Assembly (NCBI GenBank): GCA_951406725.2
Contig: OX597828.1
Span: 63,054,001-63,118,000, forward strand
Direction: 5' to 3'
Source: Octopus vulgaris
Taxonomy: Eukaryota
DNA length: 64,000 nt
Shown: one piece after another, positions 1 through 13,455 of the stretch
How the letters are laid out: every line of letters starts with the position of its first letter
How positions within the stretch are numbered: the stretch's first letter is position 1
Notes under the pieces: generated by a model
The model's input: the letters and a program-made list of their open reading frames with translations, nothing else
What the model was told of the DNA's origin: nothing
The model's database searches: none
Program-made: the position numbers and the translations under genes

Positions 1-19
1 GCAGTGATAGGTTTCAAAG

Positions 20-385
20 ACAACAAAACTGGCTCTCTTTAGAGGCTGTTCTCTATGAAGAAAGAACTTCAGACAACCTTTATGGTACATAGATCAGGCT
101 TCTGATAAGGGCTCAAAACATCTCATGACATCAACAAGATCAAATATTAGAGGTGGTAGACATATTCCACCCATCTCTACTATAATTGGACAACACAGAG
201 TAGGCATTGCTGGTCACTGGTATCAAGCTGAACAACAGGTTATGTTGGATGTTGGTGACTTCAGCACCCTAAACACAGACAAGAACCATTCAACTACATT
301 TCTGTCATTAAGTAGAGACAAACAACATGAAACTGAGAATCTACCAAAGCTAATGGTATGGGGGGGGGACAGGTTCCTGATGTGA
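20..385 (+). mobile_element. Decayed 3' end of an RTE-like LINE (post-RT C-terminal region)
   Basis: Frameshifted pieces read DNLYGT*IRLLIRAQNIS*HQ, IPPISTIIGQHRVGIAGHWYQA and LSRDKQHETENLPKLM. These resemble the RTE tail pattern LDGxYTRLL..NISW..IPPIS..RRL.FAGH..L..AM. Stops and frameshifts are present. Confidence 0.6.
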
Positions 386-1786
386 TGAAATGCAAACTTG
401 TAATATGGTATTTCACATGGAAACAATGAATGACTGACCGTTATTCATACTTATGTGTATATATATATATATATATACGTACATATTCATACACACACAC
501 ACACCAGTTGTGTAGTATTTCACATAAATAGTTACTCATTGACCACATTAGCTTGCACTCACCGGATCTCTCTGGCTCTCTCTCTCTTTTTTTTTCCTAC
601 TCTGATCACAGTTTGTACTGCTTGTCCCCTCTACACTGACCAAGTATAATTCAGTCAAATACATTACTACAACACAAAAATACCATTACAGTGACCCCCC
701 CCCAGCCCCAACACACATACACAACTACCCCAACAACACACACTGCTATTTCCAGAATATGACACCTTCTGTAGAACGGATACTCTGAAAGGAATATCTC
801 ATCTCCAGAACATGATTCAAACTTCTTTGTGGCTAACCAAAAGGAGCATCCTGGACAACATTATTCAATATGTCCTTCCCATTTTTATATGGATATTTAG
901 GTGTAATCTGAGACATATCTGGTTGCTATTTCTAGCAAACTGAACAACTGCATAGAGACTTCCCTCATTGACTCAAAGAATAATTGATTTTAAATTTTGG
1001 CACTTTCAGAGTGAGGGGAGCATTTAACATTGGAAAAGTGAAAGGCAAAAATCAAGAGACCAAATGTAATCATTCCCTCTAGAAACAGTAGCCAAATCTA
1101 CCTCAAACCACATTGCTTTTAACTCTTTTGTTACCATATTTCTATTAAAGTACAGTCTGTTTCAGATATTTTCAAAAATAATGAAGGATTTAGTAAAATA
1201 ACTTTGTTGTTATTATTAAAAGGGTTTTTAGAAGACAAACATAGAAGTTTGATAGTTTTTAATTTGGAATGTTACAACAGGAAGTTTATAACATAGAATC
1301 AAGGAATAGTCTCAGATAGGTTGGCATTGAAAAAGTTTTAAGAAATGCACAAATTGAATAATGTAACCGAGAATACATTGTTCCTGTAAAAGACAGGATG
1401 GGTATGGTTGGACTATCTGAACATAAATATTGCTCAATCTTGGCCAACTAGAGGTTAAACAATTCCAAAGTCAATTCCAATGAAATTTGAACTCTGAATG
1501 TCAGGGGATGTGACCAGATACTATCAAGTATTTCATCAAGATCTTTCATGTCAAAGAATTTAAGCTATGATGGGATGCCGTGATATCTATGCATCTACAA
1601 ACAACAACTACACACCAGATCCATTGATTGCATGAATTTGGGTGTTCACCCTTTTTCTACACTGTACTACAGCAGGCTCAGGTTGGCTTGTCTTGCTTTG
1701 GGTCCTGATAAAGCTGTAAGGGCACTGACATAACACACAATGTAAACCTGGTGGACCCCATCCCTTGATAAGTCTAATCATAAAGG

Positions 1787-1824
<38 letters not shown>

Positions 1825-4047
1825 AAGAAGTATTGACCCCAGGATTAGACTGGTTCTTTATTTATTAAACCCTAGAAGGATAAAGATCAAAGCTGACCTT
1901 GATGGGGTTTGATCTTAGATTGCAGGCTTGGAATGAAGACTGCAGATATACTCTAAGCCATCATTACTTCAGTTCAAATAAACCATTCAACAATATACAC
2001 AAGTAGCTGGGGAATTAAACAGAAGTGGAGATCATAAACTTTTCCCCAATGCAGGATTTACTTTGGTGCAAATCAGTTTCCCTTTACTTGTTTCAGTCAC
2101 TCAAGTGTGGCCATGCTGGGGCACCACTTTAAAGAGTTTAGTGAAACAAATCAAACCCGGGATGATTTTTTTAAATCAAGGGGACTGAAACTTCTAGACA
2201 TATCAAACTAAGTAAATACATGGTCATCCTTGCATACACACAGGCATGTCCCCCTGCATCCTTCTTCAGTTGAGTGTCCCTGGTCTTGCGGGCTCATGGG
2301 TACAGGTGCCACATTAAAAGCATCCATGCTAGTGCTATGTAAAAGCACCCAGTCCACACTCTGTAAAGTGGTTGGCATTAGGAAGGGCATCTAGCCATAG
2401 AAACCATGCCAAAACAGATGACTGCAACCTGGGCAGTTCTTCAGCTAATCAGCTCCTGTCAAACCGTCCAACCCATGCCAGCATGGAAAATGGACGTATG
2501 ATGATGATGTAACTTATATTATCAGTCTCTTTTGCTGAACACACACACATACACAAATATGTAAATCTATATGGTAGCCATAGCAACGTGTCAAACTTAC
2601 CTATTTCCCTGTAGAATAAAAAAATAATGAACAGCTCCAATTGACATTCAACCCTTATTGGGGTCTCATAAGGTGTCTGTATCACTTGAACAAATCCAGG
2701 ACCAAGACAAGCTATCTTGTTTACAGAGATGTCAAATCTAGTGGCTCCACAAAACTGGAGCCACTAATGTGTATGCATGTTGACAACAGTTGGTTTGTTT
2801 ACATCCCCATAACTTAGTAGTTAAAGAATAAATACTAGACTTTAAAAAAAAAACATAAGTCCTGGGGTCAATTTGTCTGGCTAAACCCTTCAAGGTGGTG
2901 CCCCAGCTTGGTTACAGTCCAATGACTGAAACAAGGAGAGAGGTTTTTTTGTAAAAATTCTTCTAAGAAGTATTAGAAATATGCATTTATTCCTGTTAAC
3001 CGAATCCTAAGTGAAGAACTTGCTTGTGTGGATTATTGCTATCAGTGTTAAATAAATAAATTTTTTAATAGGTTTGATTTAATATATAAAAGTTAGTAGT
3101 AAGAAAAACTATAGAGTGGACTGATTAGCCCTGGGGAGTGGAGGGGGAATCCAATGTGCTGAACATAGGTTCGTCTTTGAAAAGAAATATGGAATCTGGT
3201 AATGGTCTATTTACTTGTTAGCAAAGAGCTTCTTTGCTCTCCACTCTTTTCACACCAATCTGCCAGACACTGTCCTTGAGCCAATAATACAAACTTCCTG
3301 TTTTAAAGTGGTCTAAATTTAAAACCTTCCATTGCATCATTAATTTATATTAAAAAAAAGGCAAAGCTAACTAAATTCATCATTTTCACAATTAATTGAA
3401 ACAAAAGACTGTTTATTTCAATAGAAATTTGCTAATGAAAGTGTTCGATTTAAGGGCTCCAAACACTGACAAGAGGAATTGAAGATAAGATGTGTGGCTG
3501 AGTGGGTTGTAAGATTGCATTCTTGAGCAAAACACTTCATTTCATGCTGTTCTAGTTCACTCAGCTGTAAATGAGTTCTTGCAATAGCTGGGAAGTTAAT
3601 CCTGCAAAGGACTGGTGTCCCATCCAGGGTAGGAGGAGTGTTGTAATCTCAGTCACTTATACTGCCATGGAAACCAGGTTTAACTCTGGTCTTATGAGAG
3701 ACGTTAGTCTAAGTTCTAAGCCTATCATAAATTAACTCATTCGATACTTTCCGTTATCCACAAATTTTTATGGATTGATTTTTGCTGACCCAGCCCACCA
3801 CAACTTCCAGCAATTCTAGATCCTTCCTTACATATAATATTGTCATGGATCTGGCCTGGGGCAGCCTGGAAATAAAAAAAAACTGAGTTTTTATTATTTC
3901 ACATTCAGTACTTCCATCTTTATTTATCTTGTCAGGCAATGAAAGCATTGAGAGAATACCATTGTTAAGCTGAGCTTAAGGCATAAGGTAGTTTTAATCC
4001 AACCTTTGAAGATTAAAAGCAGAATCTATCTGAGAGGACAGGAATGG

Positions 4048-5092
4048 TTGACTTGGACTGAAAACATTAACAGCTGACACTAATTACTGGTTTCAAATTT
4101 TGGCACCAGGCCAGCTAATTTGGGGAGTTGGGGGTAAAGCAATTACATTGACCCCAGTACATAACTGGTACTTGTTTTATCAACACTTGAAAGGATGAAA
4201 GGCAAAAATCAACCTTGACAGAATTTGGACTCAATACAAAGATGAATGAAATGCCGCTAAGCATTTAGTCTGGCATGGAAATGATTCTGCCAGCTCACTG
4301 CCTCAGAGCTGACACTAGTGTTGGAGTGCTGTCATCCCTTTTAAGTGATAAATGCTTCCAATATTTCAACCAACCTCAATTCCAGTGCTAAAGAAAATAT
4401 TAGAATCTGGTTACTCTAATTTTTAGTCTGTCAGGTGATCTGGTCAAAGACTACATGTTAAAGTTAAAGCAATTTTAAATAACATGGAAGACACATATTA
4501 AACGTCCATAGACTCACAAAAACTGTTCACTTTGTTTAGTCACTTATTATTTCATGTCAAAATTTCTATCATACTAACTGCAACCTGATCACTGATACAA
4601 TTCCATTATCATCATCATTTAACATCCATTCTTCCATCTCTCCATGTGTTACATGGAATTTTGTTGATGGAGGTTTTCTATGGCTCGATGCCCTTCTTGT
4701 TGCTAACCCTCACCTGTTTCCAAGCAACGTAATATTTTTTCATAACTAGACATGTTTTCATTTAATACTGGAAATGGAACAACTTTGTATGATGATGATG
4801 ATGCTCACTGACAATCATCCAATGTCTAGACAAGGACAAACACATATATATGGCTGTGGGGTAAGAAGTTTCCTTCCCAACTACATGGTTCTGGGTTCAG
4901 CCCCACTGCATGGCACCTTGAGCAGATTCTGCAGACACAAACTATATATATATTGACTTGGACTGAGAACATTAACAGCTGACACTAATTACTGGTTTCA
5001 AATTTTGGCACCAGGCCAGCTAGTTTGGGGAGTTGGGGTAAAGCAATTACATTGACCCCAGTACATAACTGGTACTTGTTTTATTAACACTT
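4048..5092. repeat. Local ~140-bp direct duplication (4048-4188 and 4953-5092)
   Basis: ttgacttggactga(a/g)aacattaacagctgacactaattactggtttcaaattttggcaccagg...aacactt occurs twice with few differences. It covers unique flank plus part of a SINE. Confidence 0.85.
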
Positions 5093-5094
5093 AT

Positions 5095-5443
5095 TCTTTT
5101 ATTTGACTTTGGCCATGCTGGAGTACCACCTTAAAGATTGTTACTCAAAGAAATCAACTGAATACTTATTCTATCAGTCGCTTTTGCCAGACCGCTAAGT
5201 TATGGGGGCATAAACACATCAGCATTGGTTGTCAAGTGATGGCGGGGGGGGGGAGACAAACACAGAAACACAAATATATACATATACAATGGGCTTCTTC
5301 CAGTTTCATCTACCAAATCCACTCACAAGGTTTTGGTTGGCCCAAAGCTATAGTAGAAGACACTTGCCTGAGGTGCCATGCAGTGGGACTGAACCCAGAA
5401 CCATGTGATTGGGAAGCAAGCTTCTTACCACACAGCCATGCCT
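5095..5443 (-). mobile_element. tRNA-derived CORE-type SINE (octopus OR1/OK-like family)
   Basis: Minus strand reads ggctgtgtggtaagaagcttgcttcccaa (A box) ... gggttcagtcccactgc (B box), then gcacctcaggcaagtgtcttc (CORE-like). Other copies lie near 5450-5610, 17360-17690, 22160-22380, 35600-36045, 36830-37237 and 51074-51475. Confidence 0.75.
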
Positions 5444-7087
5444 ATAATATATATGATGATCTTCATTCAGTTTCTGTCTTTGTAATCCTCTTACAAGGCT
5501 TTTGTCAGCTTGAGGCTACAGCAGAAGACATTTGCCCAAGGTGCCATGCAGTGGGACTGAACCCAAGACCATGGCAGGGAAGCAAATTTCTTAATCACAC
5601 AGCCATGCTTGCCACAGCAAAAACAAATATATATATATGTGGCAGAAGGTGAAAATAGATAAAGATCTTTCACTTAAGGTCAGATGAAATGATTGATACT
5701 TAGCACATGAAACAGTTACGCTGGCCTTAGCCTGGGCCTGAATTACTGGTATGAAAGCATGGCCTAAGGATTAGTGTTTGGCTCGCTATCAAGTGATTCT
5801 GATTTCAATCCCTGGACTGAGTGGGTAATTCTTTGAGAGAGGAAGCACTGAACTGCATACTTCTCTAAAGAATGAAAGACAAAGCGGAGTTAAGTGAGAT
5901 TTGATCTCAAAATGCAATGAGTCAGAGTGAAGACTGCAACATATTCTATCAGATAATACTTACAACTCTACCAGTTCCTCATTGTATCCTTGAGCAAGAC
6001 ACTTCATTTCATGTTGCTACAGTCCAACCAGTTGTAGACAAGTACTGGCTAGATGCCAGTGCAGCTCTCTCTCTCTCTCTCTCCACACACACACATCCTG
6101 AATGTGCCACTGAGCTAAGGGTCAAGGGGTTGAGAAGTGATTACAAAAGGGTCCCTAAAACAATTATTGAAAGTATGGCACATGTCACTAAGTAACACTC
6201 ACTCATGAATGAAGGTTGGCTCAAAGTTTTCCATTATCAGTATATTTTCTCAGTATTCAGAGCTTAAAAATTCAATCTCCCACACAGACACATTTTTATT
6301 CTTTTGCCCTTTTCCTCATTAGAACTGTCAAGTCACTGAAGACAAGGTCTTTGCATATACTCCTACCAAATTCCTTGCGATAAACTGCCAGCCAATCTAC
6401 CCCAGCCCCAACTCTTGACTCGTAAATATTCAAGGACAACGTTAACAAGTTTCAGAAGAATCCTGGACACAACACAAGACCAAAGCAAAGAAATGAATAA
6501 ACTCTTAGAGACGAAACAACAACAACAACAGAATATTGCAAATGTGAGGTATGAAAACGTCTCAGCTCCTACTCCACCCCCCACAACCGCCTTCCTGTCT
6601 CATAACAACCAAATGGGGTTGGAGAAAGGGATGAGGGGGCGGCGAAGGTTGGATGATGTAAAGGGAGCAAATAAAGGAGGTAGAAACTTCCTCCACCCAC
6701 CGACCCGACCTACTCCAAATGTAGCAGCCACAGCTCAGTCTTCAAACAGAAAATTCCTACGGTGGGGGGGGGGGGGGGCGAAGGAGCCGTATGAGTCAGC
6801 GTGGGAGCTTCTCCCTTCGTTGGTCGACCTGTTCACTCCAGCAGCAGTCAATTAATCCGTGTGGAGAGACGGGGGGGGGGCGTTCTTGGTTTCAACCATC
6901 ACAGCTTGGGTCAAGGCCATGCTGGAGTACTGCCTTGTATGTGTATGCGAATACCAGCTTGTGTATGTGTGTGTGCGCGCTCGACTGCATGCTTTGTACG
7001 TGATTGCGTGTGTGTATCTATAATGTGTGTATATATGTCTGTGTAATGGCGTTATAGGCATGCAACAAACGAGTCACTCAAACTTAC

Positions 7088-7132
7088 TGTTGCAGTGAAA
7101 TTCTTCCCTGAACGCACTCCCAGCTGGTTTTT
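7088..7132 (-). CDS. Candidate 45-nt exon of the unknown minus-strand gene
   Basis: tttttaaaacag|AAAAACCAGC...TGCAACA|gtaagt, a consensus donor. Symmetric exon. In phase 1 it reads EKPAGSAFREEFHCN. Confidence 0.35.
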
Positions 7133-8111
7133 CTGTTTTAAAAATAGTTATAGGGGTGAGGTGGGGGTATAGACATGCAACGAACGATGAAGCTATGAGA
7201 CAATGGGGGGAGGGGGGAGAAAGCCTCCACATGGTCGGCCAACCGGCTAGAAATAGCAGCCAAAAGTTGCTTGTATTCCCTGACACCATCATAAGCATGG
7301 GAAGAATCACATTGGAGAAGGTAATCTTCCAACACGCTGAAAAAAAAAAGACGACGGAATGGTCACGGTGGGAATTCTTTTGATTAAATGTTTGCTGGAT
7401 TGAGAATGGCCTGGTATGAACAATGAGGAGGAGGTCGAAGTTTCTCGTAAATCAGTCGCCTGTTTTTGCAATTTGGTAATCTCAATAAAACGAACTCGTT
7501 GCTGTATTTTTTTTAACATTGTGTGTGTGTGTGTGTTTAAGAAAGAACCCTCAAAAAGGGAGAGATTGTGCGGCTCGAACTTGCTAAATGCAGCTGTGAA
7601 CGTAACTTTAAATCTTCAGGACATTCGTACCCTACAAGGTGGTCACCACTAGGAACTCTTATTCAAGCCAAACTATCTCTGTCAAACATCAAATTATAAT
7701 TCCAGAAAGCAAGAAATTGAAAGGGAGGTGCTTTTTGAGTGGGTTTTTATTTTCATAGACTCAACTGTTGTTGTGTTTCGAACCTGTTTGGCCAGATTAA
7801 GGACTGTCTACAACACCAACGATAACAAACAGCAATGAACTGTCTGAATTTGCTAGAAATAGCAACCAAATTTTTCTCAAATCTCGCCCTATATATCTTT
7901 AAAAAGAGAGAAGAAACACAAGATAGACACATTGGACCAAAACAAAAAAAAACATGTCCGTCCTTATAAACCTTAAAACGCACTTTTTTTGTTTAGGGGT
8001 TGTTGGTTGTTTCTTTACAGGATGTCTCCCACTTGTATTCTTTTTGACTGGTTTCAGTCATTGGACAACAGCCACGCTAGAGCATCGCTTTCGGTGTTTA
8101 CTCCTCCATAC

Positions 8112-8135
8112 CAGCAGCTCCTGTGGGTTGGGGAG
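8112..8135 (-). CDS. Candidate 24-nt microexon of the unknown minus-strand gene
   Basis: ttgaattgtcag|CTCCCCAACCCACAGGAGCTGCTG|gtatgg. Frame-preserving, GC-rich island in AT-rich context. Confidence 0.3.
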
Positions 8136-8436
8136 CTGACAATTCAAATTAAACTTCAATTGTCTTTCAATACTGATTATTGTACGTAAAATGTTAAAAA
8201 AAAAGGTGCTGTTGGAAATGGGGTTTAGGCAATCATATCGATCGCAGTCATTTATTTCCCCTCTGGTACTTATTCTACCGATGACTATTTGTCGGACCGC
8301 TAGGTTACGTAACAAAAAGAAACAATGATCCCGGACAGAATAAGGGTTTAGATAAAACATATAAGTTTTGTAATAAAGACATTTTGTTTCATCAATTCTA
8401 GATTTTATCCTGTATAGAAAAATGTCCCTAAACACT

Positions 8437-8636
8437 GGTTTCCAATTTTGGCACAAGACCAGCAATTTCAGGGGAGGAATTAAATCGATTACATCGACGA
8501 CAATACTCAACTGGTACTTATTCTATCGACCCCGAGAGAAAGAAAGACAAAGTCAACCTCGGCGGAATTCACAACGTAAAGACGGCCGAAAAGCATTTTG
8601 CCCGGCGTGCAAACCATTCTGCTAAGCTCGCCGCAC
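8437..8636 (-). mobile_element. tRNA-derived SINE of a second family (core ctttcatcctttcggggtcgataaa)
   Basis: Minus strand reads gcggcgagcttagcagaatggtt...gccgaggttgactttg...ggggtcgatagaataagtaccagttgagta...gctggtcttgtgccaaaattggaaacc. CpGs are retained in this copy. Confidence 0.75.
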
Positions 8637-9124
8637 TAATGTCCCTAAATATTAAAGAATGAAAGCATAGCTAAATAAGTGATGTCGCCCAAGTATTTTT
8701 GTGGATTTTCAAGGAATAGGAAAAAGAAAGCACTTCCTGCATATCAATTCTGAAGATATGTCTAGAGGGAGATTTGTGCCTCTAGATAGACTGCTTGAAT
8801 TAAGACGAGAGGGTTACAGCTAGAAGGTTTCTGACCACAGATCTGTTTGCTCTCTTGATCAGGCCCTGGAACAAAACAACAACAAACCAACGAGGGACTC
8901 CTCTGTGGTCACAACGACCTGCTAGAAACAGCAACTAATAATCTACGAAATCAGTCATGAAAAAGAAGAAAAAAAAGACACAGTATAATAGTATACTCCA
9001 AGATACATTTATCTAAATAAATTTCTAGAAGATAGGATTGTCTAAACATAAATTTAACTGGATCTATACTGAACCGGGGGTTAATTACAACAACAACGAA
9101 CGTGGGTGACAATGAGCCTGTTAC

Positions 9125-9203
9125 CTTTCATGTGGGGCCAGATGAGGCGACTTGTGTAATAGGACACCAACTTGTCAGATTGGGGTTTTGTCGACTTTGA
9201 CAC
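9125..9203 (-). CDS. Candidate coding exon 4 of the unknown gene (VSKSTKPQSDKLVSYYTSRLIWPHMK)
   Basis: ctgttttatccag|GTG...ATGAAAG|gtaaca. Only phase 0 is stop-free, matching the phase-0 end of exon 9524-9672. Confidence 0.5.
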
Positions 9204-9523
9204 CTGGATAAAACAGTTGTTGCAGACGAGATTCTTGTCAAATGAATGGCCCACAGAAGGCAAATATGACCCTTACACAATTTGAACTGTAATTTGTTTT
9301 TAGAGGAAATTATTAAAATATTCGCAGTAAGCTGAGGGCTTTCAAGAATACACTAATATTGAATGGAAGGAGCTGGAAGAATTGGAACCCTAATTCGAAA
9401 GGGACTACATTTCGTTCCAACATAGAATATTGGATAAAAGCCCCCAGTAATAGTAAATTGCGGCTCTTTACGTCCAAGTCTCGCCCTAAAACCAGTCTAC
9501 GAGGAGGCGGGGGTAAAGCATAC

Positions 9524-9672
9524 ACCACCCGTCTTCGGCGTAAGAAAACCCCTCAACACTGGGTGTACGTGTTCTTTACTTTCGTCCACCACGAGGAAGG
9601 CCTCTTCTCTTATCTTTCCGAGTGGAACAACTCGATTACGACCAACTGATGACCTCTTCACCCTTCTATCGC
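9524..9672 (-). CDS. Candidate coding exon 3 of the unknown gene (DRRVKRSSVGRNRVVPLGKIREEAFLVVDESKEHVHPVLRGFLTPKTGG)
   Basis: tttgtcttgtcag|GC...GGTGGT|gtatgc. 149 nt, phase 1 to 0, non-repetitive, GC-elevated, protein-like composition. Confidence 0.55.
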
Positions 9673-12413
9673 CTGACAAGACAAATTATGGACATTATTA
9701 ATGATGAATGTGAAACAAAATTAAACTTGAGCTATCTTCCGCTCCATCTCCCAGCTCAGACTATATTAAAAATAATCTGACATAAACGAATTATTTACTT
9801 ATATCTAAAGGCAACTGAAAAAAAAAAATATTAAGTTTTCCAACACGTTTATTAATTAAAAAAAAAGTTATAATTTACCATTGAACCATGTTTAAATCCG
9901 ACACTGGAAGAAAAAGCAAACGGTGGAGCCCTCACTTTCATTGGTGTCCTACACAGATGAATTCTTATTAATCTGATTCTTCTTCCGAAGATTGAAAAAA
10001 TAAAGTTACCAGTGAAGAAGTACGGGAATCATTTTAATATTCAATGGAGTGAAAGAACCCTAAAGGGTCTAGACTAGAAGAATATTGAAAATTCTACCGG
10101 AAAGAGGAAAAAGCTACACTGGACACGTTAAGTAGATTCTTTGTGGTCGTTAGGTTTGCTAGAAATAGCAGTCAATTTCCCGTCAATTCATAGTCGACCG
10201 TCATTTAAAAGAATGAGATAATGTCATAGTAAAGATAGTCTAAAGACGGGATGGTCATTGCTAGACTGCCTTTGCTTGCAAAATGTCTCCCGAATCGAGA
10301 CAGACTTGAGGTTTATTAACTCTAGTTTGTGATCGTTCGCACAGAAGCCAAGTTTCTCTCAGATCACGTCTGAAAGACACACAATCCTAGGCATATTGTA
10401 TGTGTGCCTTTTATCAAAGGCCTTCTGGATCGGCGTAGACCTGAGGTTAAACGACTCCACCAAATAATGAACCACTCAAAAGTGACAGAACTAAATCAGT
10501 GTCAAAATATTGGAATCACACCACAGAGATGACATTTTGTTCTACATAAGGGCGGCGAACTGTCAGAATCGTTACAAAATCGGGAAAATACCTAATGACA
10601 TTTCTTCCGGTTCTTTACATTCCGAGTTCAAATCCCGTCGAGATTAACTTTGTCTTTCATCCCTCCGGGGTTGATAAAGCACCAGTCAAGAACTGAGTTC
10701 GATGGTATCGATTAACCCCGTCCCCTCAAAACTGCTGGTTTTGTGCTTAAATTAGAAACAAATAAATACTACACAATTGAAGCTTTTTACGTGTCCGCTC
10801 TACCTGCTAGAAATTGCAGCTAAATCTCCTAAAATCACATTCTACCGTCTTACACAAAGGATCCGATACATTTGATAGGAAAATCTGAAATAAAAACCAA
10901 AAAGAAGGGATGGTCATAAGAGGAATCCTTTGGATCATAAATTTGTTCGTTCAAAAGTGACCTGAGCAGTAGACAACAACCACAGCTATATATTGTGGTA
11001 TACGAATGGAGTTACATGACTCCACCACAACATTCCACAACACTAAGAACTATGAGGTTACTCGATCAGCTAGAAATAGCAGCCATATCTCCAGTAATTC
11101 ATACCTAGATGTCTTTTAAAAAGTGGGGGCAAAGAGGATATATTGTATGGTTCGTGTTACATTAGGATTAAAAAGGGAAAAAAACGGGATAGTCCCAGTT
11201 GGAATATTTTTGATCAAAAATTGGTTTAATCAAAACCCAACTCGGAGCTAAACATTATATTACAGCCGTGGTGTAGGAGGGTAAATAAAATGATTGGATC
11301 CACTCTGCTATGTATGATAACCACAATACTCAATCCTATACTATAATAAATTAAACTCCGTTACCATATAATAAAATAAACTGCATTACATTACAACGTA
11401 AATGAGCGACAAGGAGAGAGGGAGACACTATGTGGACCTGCAAGAGATAGTAGCCAAATCTCTCTCAAATGATAGTCTATTGTCTTGAATAAAATAGGTG
11501 TGCCATTCGGTAATGTAATCTTAAATAACCCTAAAAAAGACGAATAGAATTTCTTTGACGATTGTCGATCTGCTGGATCAGGAATAAACAAGGGTTAAAC
11601 AACAAGAAAAATGAGTGATACCGCTGGAGCCACTCTACAACACCAGGCCAAAGAGAGAACCTCTACATGGTCGTTCGATGTGCAAGAATTAGTACCTCAC
11701 CCATATCGTCTTCAAAAAGAACTGATACATTGAATAAGGATAATGTGGTTCTAGTTCTTTAGAGATGAGTAAAAAGACATGTTCACGAATGGATTGTCTT
11801 CGATCGCAGGTCTACGGGATCGTGCCTGACCCAGGGTTAAACAATTACTACTAATGAAAACAGTCGAACCACTACAACATACACTCGCTTAAAGGACAGG
11901 AAACATTCAAATATCTGAGAACCACTCCAAAAGAATGACATTACAACTTAGTCACACACACATAATAAATGTATATGTATGCATACATACATTTGTATGT
12001 GTGTGTATATATGCATATACAATAATACACAGAGACCAGCACAAACCACAATATTTCATTTCCGATATGATCATCACCAAAATGAACCTGTCGCGCCTCT
12101 CTCTCTCTCTGTCATCCATCCAACTCGGTCTCCCTTGCTTTCCTCCAAGAAACTGTTTATATCAACAAACAACGGATCTCAGAGAATTTATTCCGTCAAC
12201 ATCATTAACACCAATGAATAATAATTAATAATAATATTTTGTTGTAATTAATTTCCTTAATTATAACAACCATCGTAATAATTTTGGACACGACACGAAA
12301 CACCTGTCATATTAATCTATCTACGTACGTATATGACTGAAAAGTTTAAACGCAAGATAAACTAAAACGATGAAATTTTCTTTAATTACTCGTTAATATA
12401 TCCGTTTCCTAAT

Positions 12414-12474
<61 letters not shown>

Positions 12475-12791
12475 GAAAGAGAGAGAGAAGAGGTTATTGG
12501 AAATGAAGAAGCTGAGATGTTCATGCCATTCTCAAAGATATTCATAAGAGTGAAGTTTATCGGGCATTGGTTGGATACGATGAAGATTCGAAACCACGTT
12601 ACACAGAACACGACGCTGGAGTCGTGTATCACCCGATTTCTCTTGTTGACAAACACGCACATCACTTTACATGAAATGTTTCAATTAATTAGAGCAGCGG
12701 GGTGGAGGCTGCCAACACATTGTGACCCCTCACCCCACCCTTTTTTGCACCGTATATTACTGGTATCTTAGTTATAAAACGACAACAGCAC

Positions 12792-12855
12792 CCTCCACTT
12801 GGGAAAGGAAAACAAGTCGAGAGGACCAATTGACTGGTTCCTTCCTGGATTTGAA
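12792..12855 (-). CDS. Candidate coding exon 2 of the unknown gene (FKSRKEPVNWSSRLVFLSQVE)
   Basis: Strong acceptor ttgtctctttcctcgcggtttccag. The donor G|gtgctg is weak but gives phase 0 to 1, bridging exons 1 and 3. Confidence 0.4.
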
Positions 12856-13455
12856 CTGGAAACCGCGAGGAAAGAGACAAGAATATTGCGATGGGAATAA
12901 GGGTTCTAATTCGCCCTGTATGTAGGTGCGTGTGTAAATAGCGGTCATAGGGAAAGCTAAAAACACACAGCGTTGTGTGTGTATATATGTATGTATACAC
13001 ACGCACACACAATACATGGAATGTGTGTAGATAATTTTGATATACACATGAAGTTTAATTTAAGACTAAACGTAGAGAACATGTTTGTGTTGTGTTATTT
13101 TGTTAATAAAACAGATTCGAATGCAGACTAACGATTTTACTCCAAAGGGAACCGAACGTGGGAATTATATATATATATATATGTCGCGAGAGAGAAAGAA
13201 GGAAGAGATAAAACATATGTATAGAGAATATATATATATATATATCTCCGCTCCACACGTAGATATATTTTAGAGAATGTGTCGGAATTAGAAGGAGGTG
13301 ATGCCTCGTTGAATCAAATAAAATTGCCAAGAATCTGGGAAATAAACAACAAGAAGTTGGTGGCGGGTGAAATAATTTAGAAACGAATGTGAAATTCTCA
13401 AAAATTCTGTGCTGGAATGGTTAATTGTGAGGAATTAGAAACGTTAGAAACCTAC

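Larger units (their letters stand above)
7220..11845 (+). repeat. Cluster of about 9-10 co-oriented, diverged copies of a ~190-bp interspersed repeat
   Basis: The motif gctagaaatagcagccaaat...aaaaagacgggatggtca...gacctg(a/g)ggttaaacaac recurs near 7247, 7851, 8920, 10157, 10340, 10806, 11069, 11440 and 11680. Dispersed copies occur at about 920 (reverse), 1080 and 49290 (reverse). Confidence 0.7.

Noticed and set aside
1650-3865. Further minus-strand exon-like bits (3832-3865, ~2655-2685, ~1650-1725)
   Set aside because: Splice-like signals exist, but phase assignment is ambiguous and the pieces are too short to support without transcripts.
6322-6855. 146-aa ORF with poly-Q and a preceding acceptor-like AG
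   Set aside because: All three frames after the AG hit stops before about 6420. The ORF runs through simple repeats, and part resembles a decayed LINE tail (KLPANL..IFKDNVNK).
12393-12771. Protein-like frames on both strands (DVHAILKDIHKSEVYR... and MMCVFVNKR...)
   Set aside because: No usable splice sites or start context. One frame starts right after a stop and the other runs into (TA)n.
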